Below the pieces are notes generated by a model, which did not search any database, was not told where the DNA came from, and worked only from the letters and a program-made list of their open reading frames with translations. From positions 1 to 64,000 of the IMG/VR virus record IMGVR_UViG_3300021963_004241: 64,000 nucleotides of DNA, one strand, 5' to 3'. Positions 49,601-56,888 of the stretch are shown here, in pieces; within the stretch, counting starts at the first letter, position 1, and the number at the start of each line of letters is the position of its first letter. A program made the translations under genes and the position numbers. This DNA comes from a virus.

Positions 49601-52587
49601 CGTAGATAGTTTACTTTGTAGTTGACTCCCTGTACTGTAAAGATACAAGGTAACTGTGGTCTTCTAAATAGTTGATCTACTTCAAGAGTAAAATTGTCAG
49701 TCTTTGATTTAATTCTAAATCTTTGATTACCAGTGTATCCGTCTACAAAGATACCTCCACGGAATGATTGTTTGTTGATACTAGCAGAGAATATAGATCC
49801 TTGCTGTGAATACGGAGACTTAGTAAGTATTTGTCCTTCGGGGTCAAGTACCTGCGCCATTCCACCGTGACCTTGTACAGTAATCTGCCTTAAAATATTA
49901 GCATCATTTAATAAGAATACATCCATTTCTGAATTATTCTTAGGGAAGTTTACTTGGCTAGGTTGATCTAGCATCTGAGAAATAACATTGACTAGTGTAG
50001 ATAATGTTGTTCTGGAGCTAGGAATATTTTGACTAGGGTTACCTGGCTCAGCAGTTAGCGCAAAGTTGATGACCTGAACAGCATCTGGGTCTGTGTTTAA
50101 TCTTGTATGAGGTGTGTTTGTAACGACCTTGTCAGCCAGTGTACCTAAGTGTGCTACAGCAGCAAGAGTTAATGGTTTCTGACTTCCCGATCCAACCGGA
50201 GTTAATCCTGCGTCGACAGAACCAGTTAATCCAATGGCTATAAGTCCACTGGTACTTTGATAATATTTTAATGCAGATTCAACAGATCTGGTATAGCTGC
50301 CATAGATTAAATCGTAGGCCAACGCATCGACCATTAACCCCACGTCTCTTTCGCATAGTGTTTGATTATATGGAACTAGTCCCGGTAATGTGTTTACATA
50401 AGCTACTACTTCTTTTTGTAAGAATAATCTGTTCAAACTTAATAGAGTTGAAGCGTTATAGTTCTTACCGATATTGTTAATAATAGGCCAGATTGGTCTA
50501 GAGTTATCTCTTAGATAATGATAACCGTATTCAAGAACAGTTCGCAAATACCAATTTCCCGCCGTAGCAGTTGTTGTACTGGTTAACTCATCATAAACCT
50601 GTACAGTAAATTGTGTTGAAGAAACGATGCTTCTAACAATACCTTCGCCTCGATTCATTCCAAATACTTTACCTAACCAGTTAACATTGGCACTAGCAGT
50701 ACCAATAGTTACGGTGATAAGACCGTTTATTCCGCTAGGTGTTGCTGTAGTATTAAGAGCATCAGCATAGTTAGGACCGCTCAAGCCTGTTACTCTGAGA
50801 TTATCGATTACAGGATCTCTTCTGAAGTAAATCTGGGTATACGGACTGGTACTGATTCCTGGTTTAGGTCTAATTAAAGTTCTACGGAATTCTTCACCAA
50901 TTAAAGATATATTTGGTGGAATACGCAAAGGTAAGTTTTCTTCAAATACACCAGACTCCATCTGGATGGTAATTTGCTTATTCTTTACAAGTTCGCCATA
51001 GAGTAATTCTTCACCGTTAATAAATTCACCCTGCAAGATACCTACATCAAACATTTCGTTATTACCGCTACCTGCAGGATAACCATTTGCTGGTGTATCT
51101 AGAGATGCACTATGGCTTAATATTTCTGCTACAGCGCCAGAAGTTGCTCCTTTGATACCTAACCCTTCTCTGATGTCTTGAGATCTTGGATCAACGCTCT
51201 TTGAAAAATCTGTTTTGATTCCGTTAGTGAATATAAAAAGTCTAGGCAATCTTACTGTAACTGTTGGGATAGCTGTATATCCAGTTCCGCCAGCTAATAA
51301 AGAGACCGTTGTAACAACCCCGTCAGTAACGTTGGCCACTGCGCTAGCTCCACTACCAGTTCCGGAAATCGTAACACTGACTGGTCCGTACCCAGTGCCC
51401 CCATCGAAGATACTTAATTCTGTTACTTTATATGTTAGATTAAATGTTGCACCGGCACCAATTGCTGTTAGTTGAGACCCTGGTGCAGAAGTTACTGTAG
51501 TTGATACATTAGTAGTTCCAGGTAAACTGCTATAGTTTCCAGAACTTAGTCTTTGATAAGTTAGGATAGCACCATTTGATGTGTTAATAGACAACACTCT
51601 ATAAGATGCTTGTGCAGAATATGAACCGCCCTGGATGGTTAGCACGTCGCCGACACGATAACCAGTTCCTGTATTATTTAGAGCTTCAACTTCAACAGTC
51701 ATTCTAGCTCTAATGTCTGCGCCCGAACCGCTGTTAGGAGCAGTTTCGATTTTAGTTAATGTACAAGCCAAACCGTCGTTATAGGTTAATTTTTTAGCAT
51801 ATACACTAAGTTCGTATAATGATTCAGTTATGACTCTTTCGGCTTCTTTAACTGCTCTTTCAAGAGTCCTAAATGCGTATGCCGGAGATCTTCCCTTTCT
51901 ACTATCGGGAATATCTGTTCGATTATCGTTTCCTCCTAGATTCACATATAAAGAAGTTGTGCTGGCAAAACTAGAAGCATCAACATACGACTTAGTAGCA
52001 GCGATTAGGCCGCCATAATTATCATCGTCTTCTGCCCTAGGGGATCTTGACAGAACCAAAGGTCCAGTCATAGTTCCAAACGCTCTGTTGGTTATACCTG
52101 TAGCAGGATCTATAGCACTAACACCAGCTATACTTAATTTAGAATCTACATATGATTTTTTAGCAGCATCGTCCGCTGCCACAGGATCTGCAAGATTTTT
52201 AATTCTTCGTGCTATTCCGTCCGAAGTAGCGTTAAGATCGCCGCCCAATGCTGGACTTTTATCATTTACTATGCTCTGATTTAATGCTGTAAATGTAACT
52301 GTTCCGGCTGTTTCGTCGTGTGTGATAGTTAATCCTGTTGCGGCAACTAATCGACGGAATTCCATTCCTGTCTGATTATTGTTAACTACTAGGATTTTTT
52401 GTTGTTGATTGAGATACGATCCAGGAACGTCGTCGAGTCCTGTAAATCTTAGTCGTTCCCCTAATCCTAAAGAGCTGTAAAGCTCTTGGAAATTATCGTT
52501 TACTTTCTTAAACGAGTCGCGAATACTATCGCCTGTGCCGTCATTATCGGTTAAACCAACATCAATTATTTTTCTTGCCATGTTCAA
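43678..52587 (-). CDS. Giant (2969 aa) virion/tail protein with gp9/10-like N-terminus, internal repeats and a peptidase G2-like C-terminal domain
   Basis: DNDGTGDSIRDSFKKVNDNFQEL; T/S/G-rich beta repeats; C-terminal YADLAEYY...VALVGRVPCKV. Confidence 0.8.
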   Translation of the reverse strand: MNMARKIIDVGLTDNDGTGDSIRDSFKKVNDNFQELYSSLGLGERLRFTGLDDVPGSYLNQQQKILVVNNNQTGMEFRRLVAATGLTITHDETAGTVTFTALNQSIVNDKSPALGGDLNATSDGIARRIKNLADPVAADDAAKKSYVDSKLSIAGVSAIDPATGITNRAFGTMTGPLVLSRSPRAEDDDNYGGLIAATKSYVDASSFASTTSLYVNLGGNDNRTDIPDSRKGRSPAYAFRTLERAVKEAERVITESLYELSVYAKKLTYNDGLACTLTKIETAPNSGSGADIRARMTVEVEALNNTGTGYRVGDVLTIQGGSYSAQASYRVLSINTSNGAILTYQRLSSGNYSSLPGTTNVSTTVTSAPGSQLTAIGAGATFNLTYKVTELSIFDGGTGYGPVSVTISGTGSGASAVANVTDGVVTTVSLLAGGTGYTAIPTVTVRLPRLFIFTNGIKTDFSKSVDPRSQDIREGLGIKGATSGAVAEILSHSASLDTPANGYPAGSGNNEMFDVGILQGEFINGEELLYGELVKNKQITIQMESGVFEENLPLRIPPNISLIGEEFRRTLIRPKPGISTSPYTQIYFRRDPVIDNLRVTGLSGPNYADALNTTATPSGINGLITVTIGTASANVNWLGKVFGMNRGEGIVRSIVSSTQFTVQVYDELTSTTTATAGNWYLRTVLEYGYHYLRDNSRPIWPIINNIGKNYNASTLLSLNRLFLQKEVVAYVNTLPGLVPYNQTLCERDVGLMVDALAYDLIYGSYTRSVESALKYYQSTSGLIAIGLTGSVDAGLTPVGSGSQKPLTLAAVAHLGTLADKVVTNTPHTRLNTDPDAVQVINFALTAEPGNPSQNIPSSRTTLSTLVNVISQMLDQPSQVNFPKNNSEMDVFLLNDANILRQITVQGHGGMAQVLDPEGQILTKSPYSQQGSIFSASINKQSFRGGIFVDGYTGNQRFRIKSKTDNFTLEVDQLFRRPQLPCIFTVQGVNYKVNYLRNFVYNPTGSSATLVLDSSTPYTNALAGLITPCTVAGTGSVATITFATRGTAPFTVGNQITVTGFGTTATGYNGVWTVTDCTTSTVSFISGETASGTGGTVAELFELITAGNRSILSNDWTQLNDMGYGLFTTNGGISEAVGMFTYYCYNAYYALNGGQIRSVGGSSANGVYALRAEGSDPKEIPDAVRTRYPFSQSATIYNVGQYSNAQNGVELYINNYTYIPLTDSQIEIAHFKNSNAQTGVSFTAVTKGAKTQLAVGSIAAGYFASQDYVQVSGLPYAGGTLSGLLNYNSSKNLFVVDSVDTSGGTITLNLDTSAATGTYSLTPISITGASGNGGGTATVTFNPVQASTTLTSLASSTFTFANGTTARFTFASAQGSAPYAVGDQIRISGFTVYTGYNDYWQVTACTTTYVEVLCNVIGTPTGTATIAGPYVTPFLVGSTVTISGISPAGYNGVVVITASTPGSISYANATVTTYVSGGTITPVVRLMPRILTYTINSINTSGLPTGVIKLVLASTTRADGTTGLYASVPNSQSVTIRQSKKLFLTDVDDITTQKNSTALLFNDDDPLNVYSVINYTTGGYVRSGGTGEAVANLRDSYTYMALTVSTDQQLVGRTYHGAVGSKQISITALTDTTTIAKLNTGQYVFGYAGQNYRVLSYESPAVTGVSTGRINIDTALTASLSGLVNSYSLLVGPGDGFTYNVSTCQRDVGYVIDAVGFDAMFNSNLATIKSALSYYRNLTSTNVVSTAQKTATILAFTKTRDLLVSQASDSTFDLRVIANLNNLISILSNGPTTALASIAASNSAAATTTATGTSGTPNITVANATGIQVGQLAVATGIPSATFVQLINGTSVVLSKNLSSNLSTTAINFYPVYTLTDPTGGTNNAFTVGFFNARRLIESNRQFIVEEIYRWIEVQKAGSLNGFTPGFTYDYLTCQRDVGYILDAIRYDLTYGGNTQTQVVARSYYTYGLFVEPAYQLTPTVNTLSRLSTILGQIAQATLVTKSTNNNLTQDQSGTAGTLAASNFVTSRITTISDTVTNGYTTRVTITTIATNNTFTTSATHNLSAGDTVIPNSTANGLTSGTIYYVSSTPASNTFTLAATIGGATLASFTNGTGLTITAQVTYRPDTSWVTSALTTDFVTTQTQRSTTQTAVTDYITANVKQSHPASITIKISTVRATAHDVLDIGTGSYADTNYPNNIFGVPANEKIPANEAKEVGKGRVFYTTIDQEGNFKVGKLFGVNQSTGEAQLSAKISLTNISSIQLAQGEQITNFSSDAGFSSVSNNSVTTDLATQTYIDRRLGQDRTGANVANLIGPGYMSRNGGLPMLSNLDMGTNGRIINLLNPTSASNAVTRQWLSIPHNKDWVGLNPGVSNLLVFTGTNVADASESVTAEHQFTNAVMTGDMTVTLNAASSPITLTSATWASNTATLGYSNTGSAPFTTGQSITVAGVTPDGYNGTWTVVTSNNLQTTFTVTTTLTAGTAFGTVRATRTLNAQINSGVIINADVNSSAAIDQTKLALTNSVSTTSSTAGSGLANGGMTVTGASCASTTATITFAAITGNPIPFAAGNRITVSGMTPSGYNGTWTVLGSPAPSSTAVSFTVPTTIANSTVNGTVIAERGLSVFDQSSFTVVNGYVTLKGGGITLGSIQSIADKTVVGNASGGASVPSAVTFATVVDQGNAVKKGQYSTNGFLRQKQTSGSVLDTDYEVIDSASTSITGSTLVARNTNGDFAGRFVIGRSGFQVYDGSSDYTALSFETAVNGYVTKISGRSGVLLSAPYIALGSSSSGSNNDRTLYANSRHDFTNLNGSTGGVIRVQAIEAGANNTDTGSIKGRWSVDGRLEATYADLAEYYEADRDYEAGTVLVFGGDKEVTTSNVKNDHRIAGVVSTDPAYIMNKDCQGNKSCVALVGRVPCKVVGKIRKGDLMVTSGIPGVAIAASGTVAVGTLIGKAIEDYDSDHIGTIQIAVGRA

Positions 52588-52652
52588 TACCCTGGAAAAA
52601 TGGTTACTTCAATATTTAGCCCAAAGTTTGATAAGCCTAATGTAAATATTAG

Positions 52653-52940
52653 ATGTTCTTAGATATTGAGACAGTCGTTTCGGAATATAAACGACCAAGC
52701 AAATTAGGCAATGAGCACACCTACACGCGAACTAAAACTGTCGCAGTGTTTAGGTGTGATAATTGTAATGAAATCTTTAAAAGAGATCTAAAGAAGATTG
52801 ATCGCAAACGATTAAGCAACAACTACTTTCACGTGTGCTCAAACTGCGATGCCAAGAGATTTGCCCAAAGAAAAGGTGTAGAGCAAAAGAATATATGGAA
52901 TTTGCCGGCTAGCAGCAATTTACCTGTGGGAAAATATTAG
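52653..52940 (+). CDS. Small zinc-finger protein
   Basis: CDNC...CSNC; TAAATA 4 nt upstream. Confidence 0.65.
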   Translation: MFLDIETVVSEYKRPSKLGNEHTYTRTKTVAVFRCDNCNEIFKRDLKKIDRKRLSNNYFHVCSNCDAKRFAQRKGVEQKNIWNLPASSNLPVGKY

Positions 52941-53257
52941 ATCCTAAAAGATTCTCCACACCCGCATCGATCTTTTTCTAAAGGATTTATAAAGTCGAAC
53001 CCTTCGTTTAGCCCGTTACGTTTCCAATCCATTGTTAGTCCTTCTAAAAACGTAAGACTTTTTGGATCTACGAATACGTGTACTCCGTAGCTCACAAAGC
53101 TAATATCTTCTAATCTAACGGAATCTACGTATTCTAAAGCGTAGGCATACCCGCTGCAACCGGTAGTTTTAACTCCGATTCGGATACCTAATCCTTTGCC
53201 TCTGCGTTCTATTTGTTGTTTTACTTTATCGGCTGCTAACTCAGTCAGTGATATCAT
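52937..53257 (-). CDS. iscA: Fe-S cluster assembly protein IscA
   Basis: KTTGCSGYAY...CGCGESF. Confidence 0.92.
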   Translation of the reverse strand: MISLTELAADKVKQQIERRGKGLGIRIGVKTTGCSGYAYALEYVDSVRLEDISFVSYGVHVFVDPKSLTFLEGLTMDWKRNGLNEGFDFINPLEKDRCGCGESFRI

Positions 53258-53627
53258 GTTTCTTTTTGTAGTCTTCTATGGCTGCTTTAATTGCGTCTTC
53301 TGCTAGGATAGAACAATGTATTTTAACCGGAGGGAGCGCAAGCTCTTCTGCAATCTGACTATTCTTAATCTGTGTTGCTTGGTCAAGCGTTTTGCCCTTA
53401 ACCCATTCAGTGACCAATGAACTGCTCGCAATAGCACTTCCGCAACCATAAGTTTTAAACTTAGCATCTTCGATAATTCCTTGATTATTAACTTTGATTT
53501 GCAATTTCATTACATCACCACAGGCAGGTGCACCGACCATTCCTGTGCCAATAGTATCATCTATTTCGAACTTGCCCACATTTCGTGGATTTTCATAATG
53601 ATCAATTACTTTTTCAGAATATGCCAT
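53241..53627 (-). CDS. iscU: Fe-S scaffold IscU
   Basis: MAYSEKVIDHYENPRNVG, GAPACGDVM, GCGSAIASSS, LPPVKIHCS. Confidence 0.96.
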   Translation of the reverse strand: MAYSEKVIDHYENPRNVGKFEIDDTIGTGMVGAPACGDVMKLQIKVNNQGIIEDAKFKTYGCGSAIASSSLVTEWVKGKTLDQATQIKNSQIAEELALPPVKIHCSILAEDAIKAAIEDYKKKHDITD

Positions 53628-53628
53628 A

Positions 53629-54183
53629 TTAAACTCCTAGTCTAGTATTAACAACATCCCAATCGATTATTCTCCAAATATTTGATAGGTATTTGGCCTT
53701 ATCTTGTTGATAATCTAATGCCCAGGCGTGTTCCCAAGCATCTATCAACAGAGCAATCTTCATCGTGTTTTTGTATTCGTGATTGTGTATGGTATGCAAG
53801 TCTCCAGCGGTGTCCATGTAGATCCAATTTGATCCTTGTGCTGCCATAAACTCTTTTTCAAATGCTTTTTTAAATTCTTCAAAGCTTCCATATTTTTCTT
53901 CGATTAAATCCTTGCTTGCACCAATAGCTTTATTTGCAGCTCTTGGGGGAGTTAGATTATTGAAAAATAAATTATGAAGGACAGCACCTCCGTAGTTAAA
54001 ATCCGGGTCGCCTTCACCTTTATTATATCTCTCTGAATACTTAGAAGCAAGCCCATCGTAATGGTATTTTATAGTTGCTTCGCTCATAACGGGATCAAGC
54101 TCATCTTTTTTAAATTTGAGCTTATCTTGTTTTAATTCTCGTTGATCTTTAGATTCTGTTAAACTTTTAATAAAATGTAGCAT
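53629..54183 (-). CDS. Fe/Mn superoxide dismutase (divergent)
   Basis: HNLFF, DAWEHAW. Confidence 0.85.
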   Translation of the reverse strand: MLHFIKSLTESKDQRELKQDKLKFKKDELDPVMSEATIKYHYDGLASKYSERYNKGEGDPDFNYGGAVLHNLFFNNLTPPRAANKAIGASKDLIEEKYGSFEEFKKAFEKEFMAAQGSNWIYMDTAGDLHTIHNHEYKNTMKIALLIDAWEHAWALDYQQDKAKYLSNIWRIIDWDVVNTRLGV

Positions 54184-54188
54184 ACCTA

Positions 54189-54206
54189 TATTTACCGCGC
54201 TAAATA
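54189..54206. promoter_or_regulatory. Back-to-back TAAATA late-promoter-like motifs
   Basis: TATTTA-ccgcgc-TAAATA between divergent genes. Confidence 0.6.
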
Positions 54207-54227
54207 TTCCACAAGGAGATTTATAAA

Positions 54228-54515
54228 ATGCTTGGATTACTCAAAAAACTTTTTGGCGGTAAAACTGAAGAGGCACCAAAAGCAGAAGCCCCATACAAGG
54301 TTGAAGCACCTACTACTGTAGCAGAACAAGCTACTGAGGCAATGGTAGCATCTACAGCACCAGCTGCTTGGCCATTCCCAGATGCACAAAAGCCTGCGGA
54401 ACCCGTAGCAGAAGCTGCACCTAAAAAGAAAAAAGCGCCAGCAAAAAAGGCTGCTCCAAAAACTAAAGCAGCCCCTGCTGAGAAAAAACCACGTACTAAG
54501 AAATCAAAGTCCTAA
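54228..54515 (+). CDS. Ala/Pro/Lys-rich protein with an amphipathic N-terminus
   Basis: MLGLLKKLFGGK...PAKKAAPKTKA; AGGAG SD. Confidence 0.7.
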   Translation: MLGLLKKLFGGKTEEAPKAEAPYKVEAPTTVAEQATEAMVASTAPAAWPFPDAQKPAEPVAEAAPKKKKAPAKKAAPKTKAAPAEKKPRTKKSKS

Positions 54516-55529
54516 GCTTTTGGCTTCTTCGTAAAGTGCAAAGCTGGCTAAATTCTTAGCCTTGCTTTCGCACATAATGTCGTGTGTTTCTCTAAAGCTC
54601 AGAGCCCATCTGTTAACTGCTGTATTCCAGTAGAAGTCAGAATGAGCTCTGAGTTTTGCTTTCTTGTAACCATTTTCTAGAAGAACGGGATAGTCGGGCA
54701 TTGTATTTGAGCAATGTCCATTGAGAATATCTTCACGGCTAACGGAATAGTGACACACAGGACGAACACCACGCCAGCTATCAATGACTTTCTGCACTCG
54801 GGCATCTGTTGGTACAATATACTCACCTTCACGACACCAGTGATGATGTATATCGAGCACGATAGGTACAACATCAGAAATAGTAAGACAGTCATCTAAC
54901 CCCCAAGCGTTTTCTTCGTTTTCAATAGTAATAGTATTACGTGCTTCGGGTGTTAGGCGAGCCAACGCAGCACGTATTCCATCGGGGCCTCGTCGACCCG
55001 CGATATGAACGTTGATTTTAAAGTCTTGAAACGTTTGACCAAACCCCATCCAGCGAGCCATGTCCACATGGTATTCAAACTCCTCAATTGATCGATTTAC
55101 AATATCATCGTTATCAGATGCAAGCACAGTAAACTGGCCAGGGTGAAAAGACAACCGAACATTATTCGAACGAGCCACATCTCCGATTTGTCCAAATCCT
55201 CTTTCGCAATAGTTTCTAGTATCGGGAAGCCGCCAAAACCAGCTCCAAGTAGGCTCAGTGTAGACAGGAAGTATATCGCTGCTGAGTCGTACCATTCTAA
55301 GATTTTCATCGAGCCCTCCTACACGCTCTACAAGTTTACGAGTTGCTTCGATGTTTTGGACCATTAGATCCCACAGCTTTTGTTCAGCAACTGCCTTGTC
55401 TTGTCTATTTAACCAGGCCACTGTAGTAGCACCAGTGTTGTAGATCTTACACTCATCTTTGGGTTTAATACCGTCCACTTGATCAGGGCGGTCGATCCAT
55501 TTGCAGGCAAAGCCGATACGTTTAGTCAT
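54504..55529 (-). CDS. uvsE: UV-damage endonuclease
   Basis: RIGFAC, RLSSD, RLSFHPGQF, IENEE, LDIHHH, HSD, MCESK. Confidence 0.93.
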   Translation of the reverse strand: MTKRIGFACKWIDRPDQVDGIKPKDECKIYNTGATTVAWLNRQDKAVAEQKLWDLMVQNIEATRKLVERVGGLDENLRMVRLSSDILPVYTEPTWSWFWRLPDTRNYCERGFGQIGDVARSNNVRLSFHPGQFTVLASDNDDIVNRSIEEFEYHVDMARWMGFGQTFQDFKINVHIAGRRGPDGIRAALARLTPEARNTITIENEENAWGLDDCLTISDVVPIVLDIHHHWCREGEYIVPTDARVQKVIDSWRGVRPVCHYSVSREDILNGHCSNTMPDYPVLLENGYKKAKLRAHSDFYWNTAVNRWALSFRETHDIMCESKAKNLASFALYEEAKSLGL

Positions 55530-55535
55530 ATAAGC

Positions 55536-55564
55536 AGTATAACGTCATTAACGCCAGTTGTCAA
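55536..55564 (-). promoter_or_regulatory. Sigma70 promoter of uvsE
   Basis: TTGACA-17nt-TATACT, 6 nt before the ATG. Confidence 0.8.
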
Positions 55565-56267
55565 CAATAACAGGATCTTCAACATCGTGTGGATTTGGAG
55601 TTCCGTGGAATGCCAATATACAAGTACCTTTTGGAACTATAGGATCGATTACTTGTTTAAAGAAGAACTGACCTCCTCTTCTTTCTAACTCGGATTGATT
55701 TCTAATTTCCCATTTATAACTGCGTATCCATTCTGCTGGAAAAAATTTAATCTCGTCTCTGTATAAAGACCAGATGTATTCCTGGTCTCCGGCAAATCTA
55801 CTGCATATATTAGGATCTTGTTCTATTGTAGTCCATATCCTAGAGTAGTTGTCTCCTCGCCATTTTAACACAGCACTGCCTAACTTAGGTGCTCGGTATC
55901 CGAATACTCTTCCGACATCTTCTAATCCTACAAATTTGTCAGGTTCAAAAGAAAAAAAGTGATCGATGTTTTTTACAATAACCATGTCAAGGTCTATAAA
56001 GAAGTTGGTATCTTTAGAATCGAAATGACCTTTTTTAAAAATATACGGTTTCCACCACCATCCTCGATAGTTTCCGGCAGGCAGCATTCTTATATCTATA
56101 TCAGGATTTAACCCTGCCGCATTATCTGTAAAGCAGATAAAATTATAGGGCAAGGTTAAATTTCTAGATATCATGTTGAATAGTTTGTTAACATACTCGG
56201 GGCCGTATTTGTCCCCGTGTTTCAAACAGACAATATTAACCTTCGTAGGTTGCGCTGTTTCCTGCAT
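55548..56267 (-). CDS. GT-A-like glycosyltransferase
   Basis: CLKHGDKYGPEYV, FICFTD, DLD (DxD), GDQ, FHGTPNP. Confidence 0.75.
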   Translation of the reverse strand: MQETAQPTKVNIVCLKHGDKYGPEYVNKLFNMISRNLTLPYNFICFTDNAAGLNPDIDIRMLPAGNYRGWWWKPYIFKKGHFDSKDTNFFIDLDMVIVKNIDHFFSFEPDKFVGLEDVGRVFGYRAPKLGSAVLKWRGDNYSRIWTTIEQDPNICSRFAGDQEYIWSLYRDEIKFFPAEWIRSYKWEIRNQSELERRGGQFFFKQVIDPIVPKGTCILAFHGTPNPHDVEDPVIVDNWR

Positions 56268-56802
56268 GCTCGAATACTTTTGCAGAACGAAGTTTAACAC
56301 CTGAGCCAGTTGGATAACGTGCTTCAAAGACACGCCCGTCTGGATGGGTCCATCCTCGTCCTTCTTGATATGCTGCTAGTATTTCAGACATTGTTTGATA
56401 TGCTAGTTCAGCAAACTTTTCGCAACCGACCGCATCTACAATTCTAAGATCGCAAAGTGCTCTGCGTTCGTGGGGTTTAACAGCTTCTAAAGATCCTGTT
56501 CCAGATATAGGAGGATCACCGAGGTTACTCATTTGCCTGAAAAAGTTTAGATGAGGATCATCTTTAGCAACTACTAGAGTATGATCGAATTGCCATTCGC
56601 TCCATTCTTTGAATGCTTTGAGACCTCCAAAGTCCATAACCCAATTACGATCGTCTAATGTTTCAGATTCGAAAACGAGTTCGATACCGATTGAGTAACC
56701 GTGAATTAATGAGCAGTGTGAGTGTGTAGAACGCCATTGGCGGAAGCAACAACTAAGTCCTCTGTCGTTGCCATAAGTTTTTGTAGAAAGATATTTTGCC
56801 AT
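56236..56802 (-). CDS. queD: 6-carboxytetrahydropterin/6-pyruvoyl-tetrahydropterin synthase
   Basis: HCSLIHGYS, WVMDFGGLK, FDHTL, GCEKFAE, EHAGNSA; AAGGAG SD. Confidence 0.88.
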   Translation of the reverse strand: MAKYLSTKTYGNDRGLSCCFRQWRSTHSHCSLIHGYSIGIELVFESETLDDRNWVMDFGGLKAFKEWSEWQFDHTLVVAKDDPHLNFFRQMSNLGDPPISGTGSLEAVKPHERRALCDLRIVDAVGCEKFAELAYQTMSEILAAYQEGRGWTHPDGRVFEARYPTGSGVKLRSAKVFEHAGNSATYEG

Positions 56803-56844
56803 CTCTAGTCTCCTTGTAAAAGTAGCAAGTTTGATGACATGCAG

Positions 56845-56878
56845 AGTATTTAAAGTGGGATGAACGCCTAAGACCACT
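56845..56878 (-). ncRNA. Candidate preQ1-I-like riboswitch aptamer
   Basis: AGUGG-UCUUAGGCGUUCAUC-CCACU-UUAAAUACU upstream of queD. Confidence 0.35.
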
Positions 56879-56888
56879 AACCAGTAGT

